The notes beneath the pieces were generated by a model. The model made no database searches. It saw only the letters and a list, made by a program, of their open reading frames with translations, and was not told the origin of the DNA. Positions 49,201-61,955 of a stretch of 64,000 nt of DNA are shown one piece after another. The stretch comes from Amoebophrya sp. A120. Taxonomy: Eukaryota; Protista; Dinoflagellata. The stretch spans positions 911,907-975,906 of the forward strand of contig CAJINV010000015.1 in NCBI GenBank assembly GCA_905178155.1, written 5' to 3'. Position 1 is the first letter of the stretch; every line of letters starts with the position of its first letter. The translations under genes and the position numbers were made by a program.

Positions 49201-52200
49201 TTTGATATCACAGCTTGCTCTTTGCTCTCTTTCTCTTTCAGTTCTTTTTCCTTTTTCTCCGCAGCCTGCTCCGCTGCAATCTGATCCTTGTTGAGAAAAA
49301 ACGAATCGGGTAACAACCCGGGCACGTCCCCGCCAGTCTCCAGAATCCGGTCTTGTGCTTCTTTGAGTTTATCCTTAGCGCGCTTCGCCATTTCCTGCAA
49401 TTCCTCGACCGATTCCAAAACGCCCGCCTGGGGAGCGGTCGTGCTCAGGTTGTTCGACACAGTAGTCGTGTGTTGACTCGCTTCTTCCTTCGGACTCTTG
49501 CAGCCCACGACGCTGGACGACTTGTCGCTTGTTTTGTTGACGGTACTACGATCGCCATCAACATCGGCAAGTAGTTTATTATCCTTTCCCGCCTCCACGA
49601 GTTCTTTTGCATCAGTCTCCTCTGGAAGAACAACATGCAAATCCGCGGCCGGCGGAATCTCCGTTGCCTGGGGAAACGGTTGTTCTGTGTGGAAGTCGGC
49701 GCTGATAGTGGTCTGCATCACAACTTGCGGTGAGGTTGTCGTATTACACGCGTTTTTCATACTTTCCATCTGTTCCAGCTTCCGCATGAACAACTGGTCC
49801 ACAAACGCCTTCAAATCGTTCAGATCAAACCCATCCGTCTGTTCTGTGATCTGTCGCGTTTGCTGCAGAAAAAGCTCCACACTGGACTGGCCGGACCCGA
49901 AAAGATTTGTCTTGCCTTTTGCAGCACCAGAAGATGGACTGACACTGATGGAATAATCAGGGTCCGCATCACAAATAGCGGCCCCAGCGTGGTCGTCCTC
50001 CTGCTTCCTCCCCAGAAGAGCCCCAGCTTGTTGTTTCTCCATCAATCGACTGGCATTCACATTGTACTGCAGTTCCTTTTCCTTGAACAGACAGACAACC
50101 ACGATATGAGAGTGCACAACTCCCCCTCCCCCTCATTTGTGTTGCATGAACAGCAACAAAAGCGCTGGCAATAAAGATGCAGCTTTTACATGACAAATTC
50201 CTAGGTGATTGTAGTGCTGTTTTGGCTTGTTTCGGAATCTGTCATGCACAGAGTGCTAACAAACAGAAGGTAGATTTGGGATTTTGCATGACAAATGAGG
50301 GGGAGGGGGAGTTGTGCACTGTCATACACGAACCACCGGGAATAGAACCCCTGCTCGATGGTCTCCTTTTTCATGTTCCGCACAGAGAAAAACAGCGTGT
50401 TCTTCAGCGTCTCCTTCAGATAGGCGTTATCAACCAGATCCTCTTTCGACTGCTTGGACAGCGACGGGATAGAAGTTGTACGAGATCCGGTGCCACCAGA
50501 ACTACTTGTTCTAAGTTCCTTCACAAAGTTATTCCGGACCCACGGAAGTTGATTGGTGTGCCCTAAAATCGCGGTGGATAAAACGTCGAACTGCGTGGAG
50601 GCGAAGAACCTGTTCAGAATTACCCGCTTCTTGTCGTCGTACGCAAGCAATGGGTCTACTTGCTGGGACGGAAGCTGTGCTAGTGGGGGGATTTTCATCC
50701 GAGGATGTTGCCCCTCTCCAGAAACCAGCTCGGAGAATATCGACTCGTCAACTTGGAAAGGCCGATCATCAACAACTTCTAAATCGTACGGGATGTACAA
50801 CCGGTTCAAGACCCGAAGATTCATAACCTCGTCGATCTCTAATTCATCAACCCCGCCCAGATTCGCCCCTTTGTACTGCGCCCGGTACGTTCCAATCCTG
50901 CGTTTCGTGCTAGGATCGTTCGGGTTCTCCACGTTGGGCGGTTTACTGGTGTCGGCGATATATTCTGGACAGGCGAACCCGCATTTCGTGAACAACCTCC
51001 CATGTTGCGGAGTAGTTGACAAACCAGATGAAGTAGATCTACTTCCGGGATGTTGATGATCCATCGTCATATTCACCGCTTTGCCGCTGTTTCCTACAAA
51101 ATACGCTTGTCCCTCCTTCGGCTCTTCGTTCCTTGTCCCGAAAACCTTCGTATCCGTAATCGGCAGCATTTCCACCTCGGAGCTCAGTCGCAAATAGTCC
51201 TGCTCAATCAACCGTTTGTGAAGTAGCCACTCCAGCCGCTCCTTGGGCCAGTTAAAGGCTGCAGCTTTTTTGGGTTCCACCAGGACCCACTTACCGGTTG
51301 GCTTGTCGAATCTGTACTCCGGGGTTTGCTGTTTGATCAAATCTTTCTTACAGTTCGCTTGTTCTGCCAAAGCCGATACTAAGGGGGTCGTGGTGCCGAC
51401 TTGATGGTGCGGCTCTTGATGCAGCTGATGTTTCACTCCAAATCCCGGATCCACGGTCGGGTCAGGCTTCGTATTATCGTCCCTGCAGGGCTCGAACCCG
51501 AATTTGGCATAGTGCCGCTCCAGGACCAATTCCTTGTAGTCCCGGAGACTGCCGAGTAAGATTTCGTCGGTGATTTGCTTCAACTGGTACTGCAGAAAGC
51601 GGTACATAACATGCTTGAATTGCTCCTTCCTGGAAATGATATTAGCCGTAGATGACCTCTTGTAGTTCTCCCGGTGGTTGTGGTTCATCCCCTTATGAAC
51701 TGCAAAAATGTCTGGGTTTGGAATTGTCGGGGCTTGTCATGCACATTTTGCATGATCCGCAGGGCCTGTGATGCTGGTGCTAGCACCACAGAATTTTTGA
51801 GAGCTTCTTGATGGTAATTACGCATGAGAAATGCCCTCTCTGCGTGACAAGAACTGACTTCTCTTGCTGCTCATGCAACACAGACATTTTTAGAATTCGC
51901 AGACAGCATTACAAGCTCCACTCTTCCAGACCCAGACATATTTGCAATCCATACCCCTTCTCTGTTCGCAATACAGCTTCGAAATTCGCTTCCATCGCGT
52001 CCAATCCTGTGCAAAAGTATCGCACTCTCGTACTAATTGCGTTTGTGCATTACAAATCTTTTTCTCAAGGCAAATCCGCACTACAAATTTTGTAATGCTA
52101 AGTCAATTAGTAATGCAATTTATACTAGAAGTACGTTGCTTTTGCATTGCATACGTCCAAAAACTGGTCCAAATTCTTCACGATAATCCGGTGCTCCACG

Positions 52201-54235
52201 AAGGTCGGCAGGGGGAGCTTCTTCTTGGAAGGAGGAGCAGGTAAAGTTGTAGTAGATGTAGACCCATTGGTATTATTAGCAAGGGACTTGTTCGACGTCG
52301 TGCCGTTCCCGTTCATCTTGTTATGCACGACATGAAGATCATCTTCCCTTATACAACTGTCGTCAATCCTCCGGCCATATTTGTGCCGGAACTCGGTCCG
52401 TCGCTTTTTCAGCATTTCCTGCTATCAAATGTAAAAGTGTCTGGGTCTGGAAGAATGCATGTTTGTGGTGCTTGTCTGGCATGACTCTTAAATCTGTCAT
52501 GCACGTTACCCAAGGGCTCCATTTTTCTATGATGCAGAAACGCAGTTTGTCATGCAGAATAAGCAATACCTAGAAGCTCCGAAACTTGTGATGCTGAGGC
52601 AGCATTTGTGGTCTCATCATGAGACGCCGCCCAGCATCACAAGTTTCCAGACCCAGACATTTTTACATTTGATACCTGCGTGGACTTCGCAATGGCGAAG
52701 GCAAAGGGCTGGATGACCTTCGTGAACTCCTTCCTCCTCGCACTTTTGTCTTCGGAATTTAATATTCCAACACGGTCGTCGCCGTGGCCTTCCAGTAGAT
52801 TCTCGAAATCCTTTTGCCAGGCCTCGAACTCGTTTCGCCAGATTTCGTCCCGCATAAGCTCCGCGTTCATTTGATGCCCCCCACGAAAAATACCTTTATT
52901 CCGCGTTTTTCGCAGACTCTCCATTTCGCGTTCGATTTGAATACGGGTTAATTTCTGACCGCCGCGGCCTGTGATCAACTCCATATCCACATCCAATTCC
53001 GAGTCGCTGCTGTCGCAAAAGTCATACACGCACTTCGTCGTGGTTTTCTCCGCGAGATCGTTCTCGATCTTCGTTATCTGCTCCTCGAGCTGTCTTTCGA
53101 AGTTTTCGTCGAAGTTGTTATTCTCCTGATTTCCAGTGTTGTTCTCTACTTCATTCACTAAACTTGTTTTCGCCCACTTTTCCAAGATCTTCATCCAGTC
53201 CTCAACACAGTCAATCTCGGTAACTTCCACGACAAGCCTCTCATACAGTGTCCCCTGTTCCTTCTCGTCCAGAACAGCGCCAGATTTTTGAGTCACCGCG
53301 CTCCCTTTACTACTCGACTCAACCGTTGCCGCCGCGGTGTACGTGACCGGGCTAGACACGTGGTTTCTGCACCAGTGGGTCTTTTATCAAATGCATAAGT
53401 GTCGCACACGTCTTGTAATCATGCATTACAAATCTTTTCCTTAAGTTAAATCAGCATTGCAAATTTTCTTTCTCATGCTGAGGAAATGTGTAATCCATTT
53501 ATACGAGTACGATACTTTTGCAATGCATATCTTTCCGCTGTTCTTCGGGCCGAAAAGGAAGTTGATCGCGCGAATTCCATTCTCGGGATCTGCCGCTCCT
53601 GGGTAGTTTTTCTGGAAGAAATTCGTAAAATTGGATCCGCTAACGGGCTTTCCGGTTGCGGGGTTCGTGAGAGGTTGAGGTGTTGTGGTAGTCAACGACG
53701 ACGTGGTCCCACTCGCAGCTCCACCTCCTCCGGGTTTGCAAAAAAACTCGTTTTCCAACGGGAGGTGCTTCGCGGCTTGTAGTAGGGAAGAATCCACCTC
53801 GGTCAACTGGATTTTCTTTTGATAAGGTTTCTTCATCAAACCAGTTCCAGAAGCAGGGACATTCAAACTCATGTTCATCTTATCGCTCTTCTGTGCATGA
53901 TCCACAATCTGCCTGCTCAGTTGCTCCAAATCGGACCAGGTAGATTGGTTGACGTTACAATTCTTGGGCTTCGGGTGAAGAAAAGGAAGCTGGTTTATCA
54001 ATGCATCTTGTGTGCTCAACATGTCAGGCTGTGGCTGCGGAGCTTCAACCGCCCCTGTGGTCGAGTGGTCAGCACGTGCAGCCGTGACATTGTAGAAGTT
54101 GTTCGTGCTGCATTTGCCAGATAATAAATTTTGCTGTCTTGTTTCCTGCTGGTGCCCACTAGTAGTTGTACCACTCTCATGCTCCAGCCCCGGCTGCTGT
54201 GACAGCTGCTTTGCTTTTGGCTTCTTGCGCGCCAT
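46298..54235 (-). CDS. large hypothetical protein (9 introner introns)
   Basis: Runs from ATG 54235 (MARKKPKAK) to stop 46298. All nine junctions are in frame after removing element plus one TSD. K/E-rich; no family recognised. Confidence 0.75.
46373..46587. mobile_element. introner, family C
   Basis: Flanks CCTTC/TCTTC; similar to 3112-3319. Confidence 0.9.
46678..46945. mobile_element. introner, family A
   Basis: TSD CTGGG. Confidence 0.92.
47012..47277. mobile_element. introner, family A
   Basis: TSD CCCTC. Confidence 0.92.
47357..47677. mobile_element. introner, family I (321 bp)
   Basis: TIR TAT....AGGAAAAATCCCCC..CCCCATAT; TSD GACAG. Confidence 0.9.
50105..50326. mobile_element. introner, family H
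   Basis: TSD CACGA; close copy of 41313-41528. Confidence 0.92.
51694..51953. mobile_element. introner, family A
   Basis: TSD CCCCT. Confidence 0.92.
52003..52153. mobile_element. introner, family B (terminal TA mutated to AA)
   Basis: TSD CGTCC; in-frame join. Confidence 0.9.
52423..52674. mobile_element. introner, family A (252-bp subfamily)
   Basis: TSD CCTGC (sense GCAGG, giving AG|GT..AG|G). Confidence 0.92.
53385..53529. mobile_element. introner, family B
   Basis: TSD TCTTT. Confidence 0.9.
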
Positions 54236-55106
54236 GGTGCTGGTGGATGTCCTTGACTTGCTTAGATAAAGTTTAACAAGTTATATATTGATGTTGAGCA
54301 GGGTGTTCGTGTTGGCGGGGTAAAAAGAAAAACCAAGAATTTAGTGGTAGTTTGATTACCTTTTTCGGTACAATAGTGTGGAAGTGGATCGAATACGATC
54401 ACAAAACTAGTTCCACTTTTGGGTGGAAGTCCGCTGCTCTTCTTGCGTCTTCAATACGAAGAGCGCGAAAAGATGGGGCGTTGATAGCTGTACGAACTAG
54501 AACTACGTCTACGCGAAGGTTGTACTACAACTCTGCACAAGAAAGTTCAATTTGGCTCTTTTTTCCGACTGATACCTGGCAGTACAGACAGATTCTGGAA
54601 ACTAAAGTAGTACAGAAAGAAATGATAAAAAGGAGTGAAAGTGAAGGTTTCTAATATGATGGTGCGCAGGTATCGGTATGTAGAAGTGGTCTCACCAATC
54701 CTATTTGATTCTGACGCGTAGTTATGTGTTGCTCCTATGCTAGTTTAGGCCTATGCTATCAACATAGTGGCAGATTTCTATCCGAAAAAAATGAAAAGGT
54801 AAAAAACGAATTTCAAGTAGAGAATACGACGACTCACAAACGATCACGACTTCCCTTGGTCACTAGCTGCTTAGGCTGGTGCTTCTTGGGCGGGAAGAAA
54901 AAAACCACTTGTCGCTTTCGCGATACTACTCGGAACTGAAAGGGTGGTCCTACTTTGGATTATTTCTATGGGTAAGTTGTTGTAGTTCGGGAGAAAAAGA
55001 AAATGATTCTTGCCGTACTATCGGTGGTCTATTAGACCACAGCCAAGACCTCACAATTTTTTTTATGTTCTGGTTGAAGCCAAGGCCACAAACCCGAGTT
55101 TCTGGA

Positions 55107-55368
55107 TATCAACTGTAAAAATGTCTGGGTCTGGAAGAATGCAACTTGTGATGCTGCATTTGGATTCCAAAAAAATCTGTATTGCATGAGCAGCAAAGGG
55201 AATCCAATTTTTTCTACGCGGAGAGGGCATTTGTCATGCGGAATAGGCATCGCGAAGCCCTCAAAAAATCTGTGATGCTAGGGCATGCATCACAGACATC
55301 ATGGCCAATGCAAAACATGCATGACAAGTCTCAGAATCTTCCAGACCCAGACATTTTTACATTTGATA
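55107..55368. mobile_element. family A element in apparently non-coding DNA
   Basis: Intact TIRs, TSD CTGGA; no convincing flanking ORF. Confidence 0.9.
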
Positions 55369-56846
55369 CTGGAAAAGACAACTGGTCGATAGTACTCGAG
55401 AAGTCCTGCCCTAGAAAATTCTAACAAAAGCAATCCTGTCTAGAAAATTATTGTTCTGTGGCTCTGAAGATGTTTCTATCGTCCTCCACCAGTATAGTTG
55501 TAGTTCTACAAAAATATTAAATCTTTCATTACCATAGTCGGATTATGCCGCGGTGTCAGAAGCTGCTGCTGCGCCGGCACATATCCGTACTACATTCCGG
55601 AGTTGATGTAAGTATTTGTATTTCTACGTGGTTATTAAGTGGATAAGGATATGGTTCTTTCTATCCGTGCTCTGCTAGGCCGGAGCTGCGGCTCACACGG
55701 CAGAACAAGTAATTTCTAGGAAGTTGCTGTTTTGTCAGAGGTTGTCTAGGTGAAAACTTATTCAAATCTTGCGACTTTTCTCTCTTTTCCTGTGCGGTGG
55801 GGTTTTTTGTAAAATAGGAAATGCAACTAAGGGACGACAGACCACGAGAATAAGTGCAAAGAAAGCAAAGTGATCCATCGCGCGTGAGCAAAAAAGCAGA
55901 ACTAGCAAGTATCTATCGTTGGAATTGGAAATGTTCGACGCGGTGATCAAGAATAACTTTCTTGTTACTTCCAATCGCGGCAGCAGCATACACAGCCAAA
56001 CGTCGCAGAAGATCGGGTGAAATCAGAATGTTGGGCTGCACTGCAAACAAATCGCGTCGTCGCGCTGCTATTTCAGAATTTTCGTTTTTCTTTCTTCTCC
56101 TACAAATAATTTCTCAGTGTGCACCTCGGATCGTGATCTTTTCGTCACAGGGGAATCTCCTCGAAAATGCTAAAATGCGGATCCAGATCTTCGCTTGCTA
56201 TGGAGCAGTGCTGACGACTACTACTGAATCACGCCGTACCAGGACCTTGTAACTTCGGTACTAGGCTTTTGAGCTTGTTTCATCCTTCTAATATGCTCTG
56301 TCTTCTGAGGTTGTGTCCCTAAGCTTTTCTGTCAACATGATGATGATCGCCGGGATCTGTGTCACAAGGAGCAATCTTCAGGAGTAGTACACCCTGCATA
56401 TTATCTACTTCAGATTGCAGTGCATGAACCAATGTCTATCTTAGACACGACGGCTAAGTAATATCGATCCAGAGCGAAATGAACTTGGCGTCACCGGGTC
56501 AGCGGTCCTAGACGAGGTGGATGCTTTGCTGCTGGTCTGCAGACTTGATTGTGATTATGATTTTAGGCGTCGACATCAAAGGGAAAAAGCATTCGACTTG
56601 AAACTCCTTTGCAGATAAAGTGGTTGCTCTTCACATAGTGCCTCACCAAGCGACAACATGTTTGAAGTGCTGTGATTCCTTTCACTTCTTCTATCTTGTT
56701 TTTCAAAAGCACGAAATTCATATGTGCAACAAACTACGCTCACATGTTTGCCATGTTAAGCGTAGTAACTACACAAACTGTTAATCATTTGAAATCTAGT
56801 TTGTGTAGTTATCCAAGATTTCAAATGATTTTCCGTTTCAATTTCA

Positions 56847-59800
56847 TCACAAATTCAAATCACTTCTACTCCTAATTCGTGTCTGATTCTTCAAAACTAC
56901 GGGCGCGTTTCCCACTTTATTTGCCGCATTTTTGTTCCCTCCAACAACTACCCCTCCAGCGCTATTTGCAGCGCTGGCTAGTTGTATAATCCCGCCTCCA
57001 CGACCACCACCACCACCACCACCGGGAGATGACATACCTCCGTTGCTCCCTCCACCGGCACTGTTATTTCCAAAGAACTTCTCGTACCCAATATCGATGC
57101 TCCACCGTCGATTTTCCCTCTCCTTCTCCACTTTCGGCAAAGTCGGGCTTGGTTCCCCCGGCGCTTTGTAGTACTCGTAGTCTTATGCATTGCAAATAAA
57201 GTATGTATCGTGCTAGTAGTAATAAATTGCAGCACAAATTTCATCTGGTGCAGAATCGAAACTAAAATTTGCCATGCAGAATCAGGCGGCAAAACACATC
57301 TGTTATGCATGACTACAACTGCAACTAGTACGAATACGACACTTTTGCACTGGATAAGTTCCTATCAACTGTAAAAATGTCTGGGTCTGGAAGAATTCAC
57401 GTTTGTCATGCTTGTCTGGCATGACTCTTAAATCTGTCATGCACATTACCCCAGAGCTGCGTTTTTCTGTGATGCAGAAGCGCAGTTTGTCATGCAGAAT
57501 AGGCAACGCCTAGCAGCTCAGAAACTTGCCATGCTGAGCCAGCATTTGTAGCCTCATCATGAGACGCTACCCAGCATCAAAAATTCTCAGACCCAGACAT
57601 TTTTCCATTTGATAGTTCCTCCGGTTCGAGCTCGGCCGCGAGATGATTTTCCAGTACGGAAATTCCGTTATGGCGTTCTCAACTGTTACACTCTCAACTG
57701 TTGTATACATGAATTTGTGATGCAAGAACCGCAACAGTTAAAGGGGCAAGCTTGCAACTCTCGCATTGCAAGTTCGGCACAGATTCAGGTTCTGTTTAGC
57801 CCACCTTCGGGGAAGATTTGTCACGCGAGGTGGCTTGATCGTCTGGTGGCTCATGGTAATTCTGCATGACAAATCATGTTGTTACAGCTGAGAATGTAAC
57901 GTTTGAGAATCCCATATCCGTCTCAACCCGCTTCGACGCGTTCTGGCACGCTTTTTGGTACAGACACACCGACTCTTTCAAATGTTTCTCGCTAAAGATT
58001 TTCTGCGACGGCTGCAAGTTGTCCAACACTTTTAGCTGTTCCTTCACCTGTTTTTCACCGGTAGAAACTATTTCCTTCAACAAGTTTTCCATCCCCTCGT
58101 TTTCCTCTTCGATTTTGAAAATTTCGTCCTGCAGCTGCGCGTATTTCGGAATCACTTCCGACAATTTTTCTAATTCCAGATCTCTTTGCAGCATCTTCGT
58201 CATTAATTTCGAGAGCTTCTTGCACTTCTTCTGGTAAAATTTCTGCACTTTCGACAGCTTCTGCAGCATCTTCTCCTTGTCCTGCTGCAACAAATTGTGT
58301 TCCTCCTCCCAGTCCTCAAACACCCGGATTTGCAGCAAGTTTTCCTCCCGTAACTTCATCGACAGTTCTTCAATCTCCTGCTGCAAAAAATCCTTGATTT
58401 CCGGCAACCGTAGAGCTTCTTCGTGTTCTATTTCCCTTTTTTCCGTCTCCCGCTTGCGCTCGAACTTGCAGAACAACTCGAGAAACCGCTCCAAGTCATT
58501 CAAGCAGTCGATGACTTGCAGCTCCGCGACGGACTGGCGTTCCTCCAATGCCAACGACATCTCCAGTGCCCGCTGCAGCCACTCGTTCGTCTGCGGGATT
58601 TCCTTTTTGCTCACCGCAACCTGCGCCCGGCGGACGAAGTCATCGTTCGGGAAAATTCCCTCGTCGTAGAGGGAGAGCAGCACCGGCTTGAGCAGGTGGT
58701 CTAACGGGTGGCTTTGGATCATCGTGCTGACGTTGTTTGTCAAGGTTTTGGACGAGTTGTCCCGGTTGAACAAGTTGAGCTGTAGAGTGGTCCTATTTGT
58801 GGCGCGACCCGACGGATCGTTGTGATTCATGCTCTCTGTCGTGTCTTCTAGCAGGGTTGAAAACCTGCCTGCACCACCACCAGGTGTCGTATCGCTTGCA
58901 GTAGTTTGTCGACCTGGCAGTAGTACGGAAGTTGAAGTTGTCCTCTCGGCCGCATGTTGGGCTCCTGTTGTTCCTGCTGCTGTTGAAAATGGTGACGCAA
59001 TTGCATTTGAGAACCGCGCCATTGCCCCTGCGGCGGACGGACTACTATTGATGTTCCCAGCTGCATTAGCTGTACCTGCGGCTGTTATTCTATGCGTCGT
59101 GGTTGTTCCGCCTGCGTGGCCGCTTGTTTCGTGCGCAACAACACCAGCCCCGTTTCCTCCAAACAGGGGGTTGTTTATCGTACTGGCCCGCACATCGATC
59201 GGTCCTGCGTAGAAACTGTCGCCGAATAATTGCGACGAAGATCCAGCTCCCCGTGTCGTTCCTGTGCTAGGAGTCACCAAGTTTTGGAAGAAGTCTTGGA
59301 ACGAATGTTTGCTCGACGAGGTCCCGCTAGTCGCTGTACTTCTAGTACAAATCCTGCTCATTGTCGCAGCTCGGATTACTGCAGTGGCCCTGGAGGCGCT
59401 ATCTCCTGATGACACCGCTTTGTTCAACACGTCGTCACCACCACTGGTTTCGTTTGCAGCTGCGAGTTGCAGCTGGTGCGCAAAAGTTGCGAAACCAGTC
59501 AACTGCGAAATCAGTCGGAGAAATTGCGGCAGGGTCACCTCCTCAAGAGGCTCGTTCGCCGTAGGCTGGTTTGTGCCGTTGTCATTTTCTGGATTTGCGG
59601 CACTACTAGTTGTGACAGCACCCGGTAAAGGTGGTAAAGGAGCATTTCCCGCGTCTCCTGGCGAAGACCCCGAGACCGGGACTTCTATATGTGCAGAGTC
59701 AACATCCCCATCTGCAGTCGTCACTGCTTTCAACGAAGTAGATTCGCCGAGCGCGACATGGCCTTCTTCCCCTTCTTGCGCAGCACCATCGCCAGGCGTA

Positions 59801-61116
59801 CCGAAGGGACGGCTCGAACTAATCATCTCGCTAACGACCACAGCGGCGCTGGCGCCAAAACTCGCTAGATTGCTCGTAGAGGACGTTCCACTAGATCGGG
59901 ACACTTGTTTATTGAGACCCAGAGCACTATGATCCTGCAATAGTGCAACATCGCCACCAGCAGCACTTGTACCCAACTCGTCAGAAGAGCTCATTTGCTC
60001 GTTCGAGGTACTCACGCAGGTTAATTGTCCTTCCTCGGAAATGACCGTGCTGATTTTCTTCCTCCTCAACAAATTTAACTCACTATTTCCGAAAATCACT
60101 TCCGGGAGCTGCAGCAATCTCTTAATCCCGTCCTCCTCAAGGATCTTGACGTAGTGCTGATGCATTTGCGCAGTTCTACTCATCTGCTCTTGATGATAAA
60201 AGAACTCTTCACCCGCCGCCGGCCCTCCTCCTGGTAGATGAAGCTGCCCAGGTGGACCAGCATGCTCATGAAGATGAAAACCACAAAATTGTTCCACCTC
60301 GTCACAGAACAAGTTCAGTCCGCGCACCAGAATCCCCACGTCCGCTATTGAAATCGTCGAACTGGCCAGCGTTTTCTTGAACTGTAATTCCTTACTCCTC
60401 TCGCTGTTTTGATGAAGATGGCTGCTCGAAGTGGTGTTCGCCACGGTTTTCTTTCTCCGCCCTGGTGAACCTGCGCCGCTGGGACCACTGCTGGCCGCGC
60501 CACCTTGCGGCTCATGTTTCAAGGCCGGCACGGTGGGCGTGCAGAAGTGAAGGAAAAGTTCTGCGGACCGCTTCAAGATTTCTTCTTGGAGGGCTTTTGG
60601 ACTTGATGTTGAGGCTTTTTGACTGGCAGTTCTGCCTTGTCGTTCTGCGTCACTTTTATCATGGTTGTGGTCCTCGAATAATTCATCTGCAGAAGCAGAA
60701 CTACTGGAACCACCAAGAACAACTAAATTCGTGCTGCTGGTGCCACTCGTCCCAATTGCACCTGCGCTGAAGGAACTACCCTGAGACGTGCTCTTCCCGT
60801 GATTTTCATTTTTATTCTCCTCGCTCTCCAAAACATAAAAATCCGGGTACTCGTGCTCAAAGTGTTGCTTTACCGCGTAATCAATGAGCGGCTGTAAGGC
60901 GGAGATTTGCGGCTTGCTCTCGGCATGATCTGCAGTGGGTGTACTAGTTTGTCGGCCAGCTGCAGCTCCAGGTTTATTTTTAGCACCTGCTACTAAGCCG
61001 TCTTGCTGGAGCTGATGCGCAGCGGTCGCAGCTCCCACGGAGCTGCGTGCCGTCACTCCTGTTCCCGGTTGTCCTATCCCGGTAGAGGACAGGAGGTTGC
61101 GCATGGAGGAGGGCAT
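56847..61116 (-). CDS. hypothetical coiled-coil protein (3 introner introns, one net 1-nt micro-exon)
   Basis: The 1080-aa ORF continues ..VETEFPYWKIISRPSSNRRNYEYYKAPGEPSPTLPKVE.. after splicing. Weak EF-hand-like fragments are present (ISIADVGILVRGL, VTLPQFLRLI). Confidence 0.75.
57184..57356. mobile_element. introner, family B-like (aged)
   Basis: Flanks AGTCT/AGTTC. Confidence 0.85.
57363..57614. mobile_element. introner, family A (252-bp subfamily)
   Basis: TSD GTTCC; lies 6 bp from the previous element. Confidence 0.92.
57669..57916. mobile_element. introner, family J
   Basis: TIR TATGG..TTCTCAA..GTTACA.TCTCA.CTGT; TSD TCCGT. Confidence 0.9.
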
Positions 61117-61955
61117 GGTGGAAGAGGTAGTGATCTATCCTATGTGTCCGTACTAGCCGTAGGCGTAGGCCTATCCGTATGCGTCGAACTTGATCTTACA
61201 TAATAATTGTGTGGTAGTGAAAGCAAGGATTCAGCTGCTACTGTACAGGTCGACACTTTTTGTACAGACAAGAATGAGAAGTTCTTATCCTCAAAATGAT
61301 CTAATGACGCACTTCCATTCGTCCCTCGCACTCCCATTCGTACCGTCTTGGCACTTCTTGCCCTCGTCCTGGCCACCGGCGCAGCCAAATCAAGACCTGC
61401 CTAGTACATCTGCCACTCAAACTTGTTTTAGCCATCAGCTTCAGTAGCTGTTCTTCGTGATGGCAGAACACGACGGAAAACAAAAAACTGATGACACGAC
61501 GGTCAATCTAGTTGTAATTTCCCCCATCTGTACCTTCATCACAGGGTACAAACGTCGACTCTGTATCATGTAGTACGTGCCTTCTCCAATCGAGTTGTAT
61601 GCTTTCTGTCTTCTGTCTTCGGAGCGAAACCGAGAATTCAAAAATGAGCGCAAATAGAAAGTGGACTCTAAGTTGTAACTTCTACTGTGGTGCGAGTACA
61701 CAATTTAAACTCATGTCATGCAACTGATACTACTTGTAGGACTGTGTACTGTTACTTCAAGCGCAAGGTATTTGTGTGGACGCGGACGCACGAAACTGGT
61801 AAGTCCATGTTGCTCTTAATCAAGTGTGGAGGACGGTACAAGTGCAATTTTTTACCTCGGTTGCGTAAAAGTAATGAATGAACTTGACACCTATGTTGCT
61901 TATGCTTGTCATCGACTTATACAAAATAGGAATTGCGAGCTTCTCAAAAGACAAA

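Noticed and set aside
3277-57506. Many short ORFs with recurring peptides (FQTQTFLHLI, KMSGSG, QKYRTR, YEYDTFA) read as a repeat protein family
   Set aside because: They are translations of introner TIRs, not genes.
3445-57614. TA flanks read as Tc1/mariner-type TA target duplications
   Set aside because: Empty paralogous sites contain no TA, and the 5-bp duplications lie outside the TA, so TA belongs to the element.
3445-57614. Repeat-spacer pattern read as a CRISPR array
   Set aside because: The repeats are inverted pairs dispersed in eukaryotic genes with irregular spacing, and there are no cas genes.
48427-59932. Long plus-strand ORFs (e.g. 48427-49161, 59264-59932)
   Set aside because: They are antisense shadows of low-complexity minus-strand coding exons.
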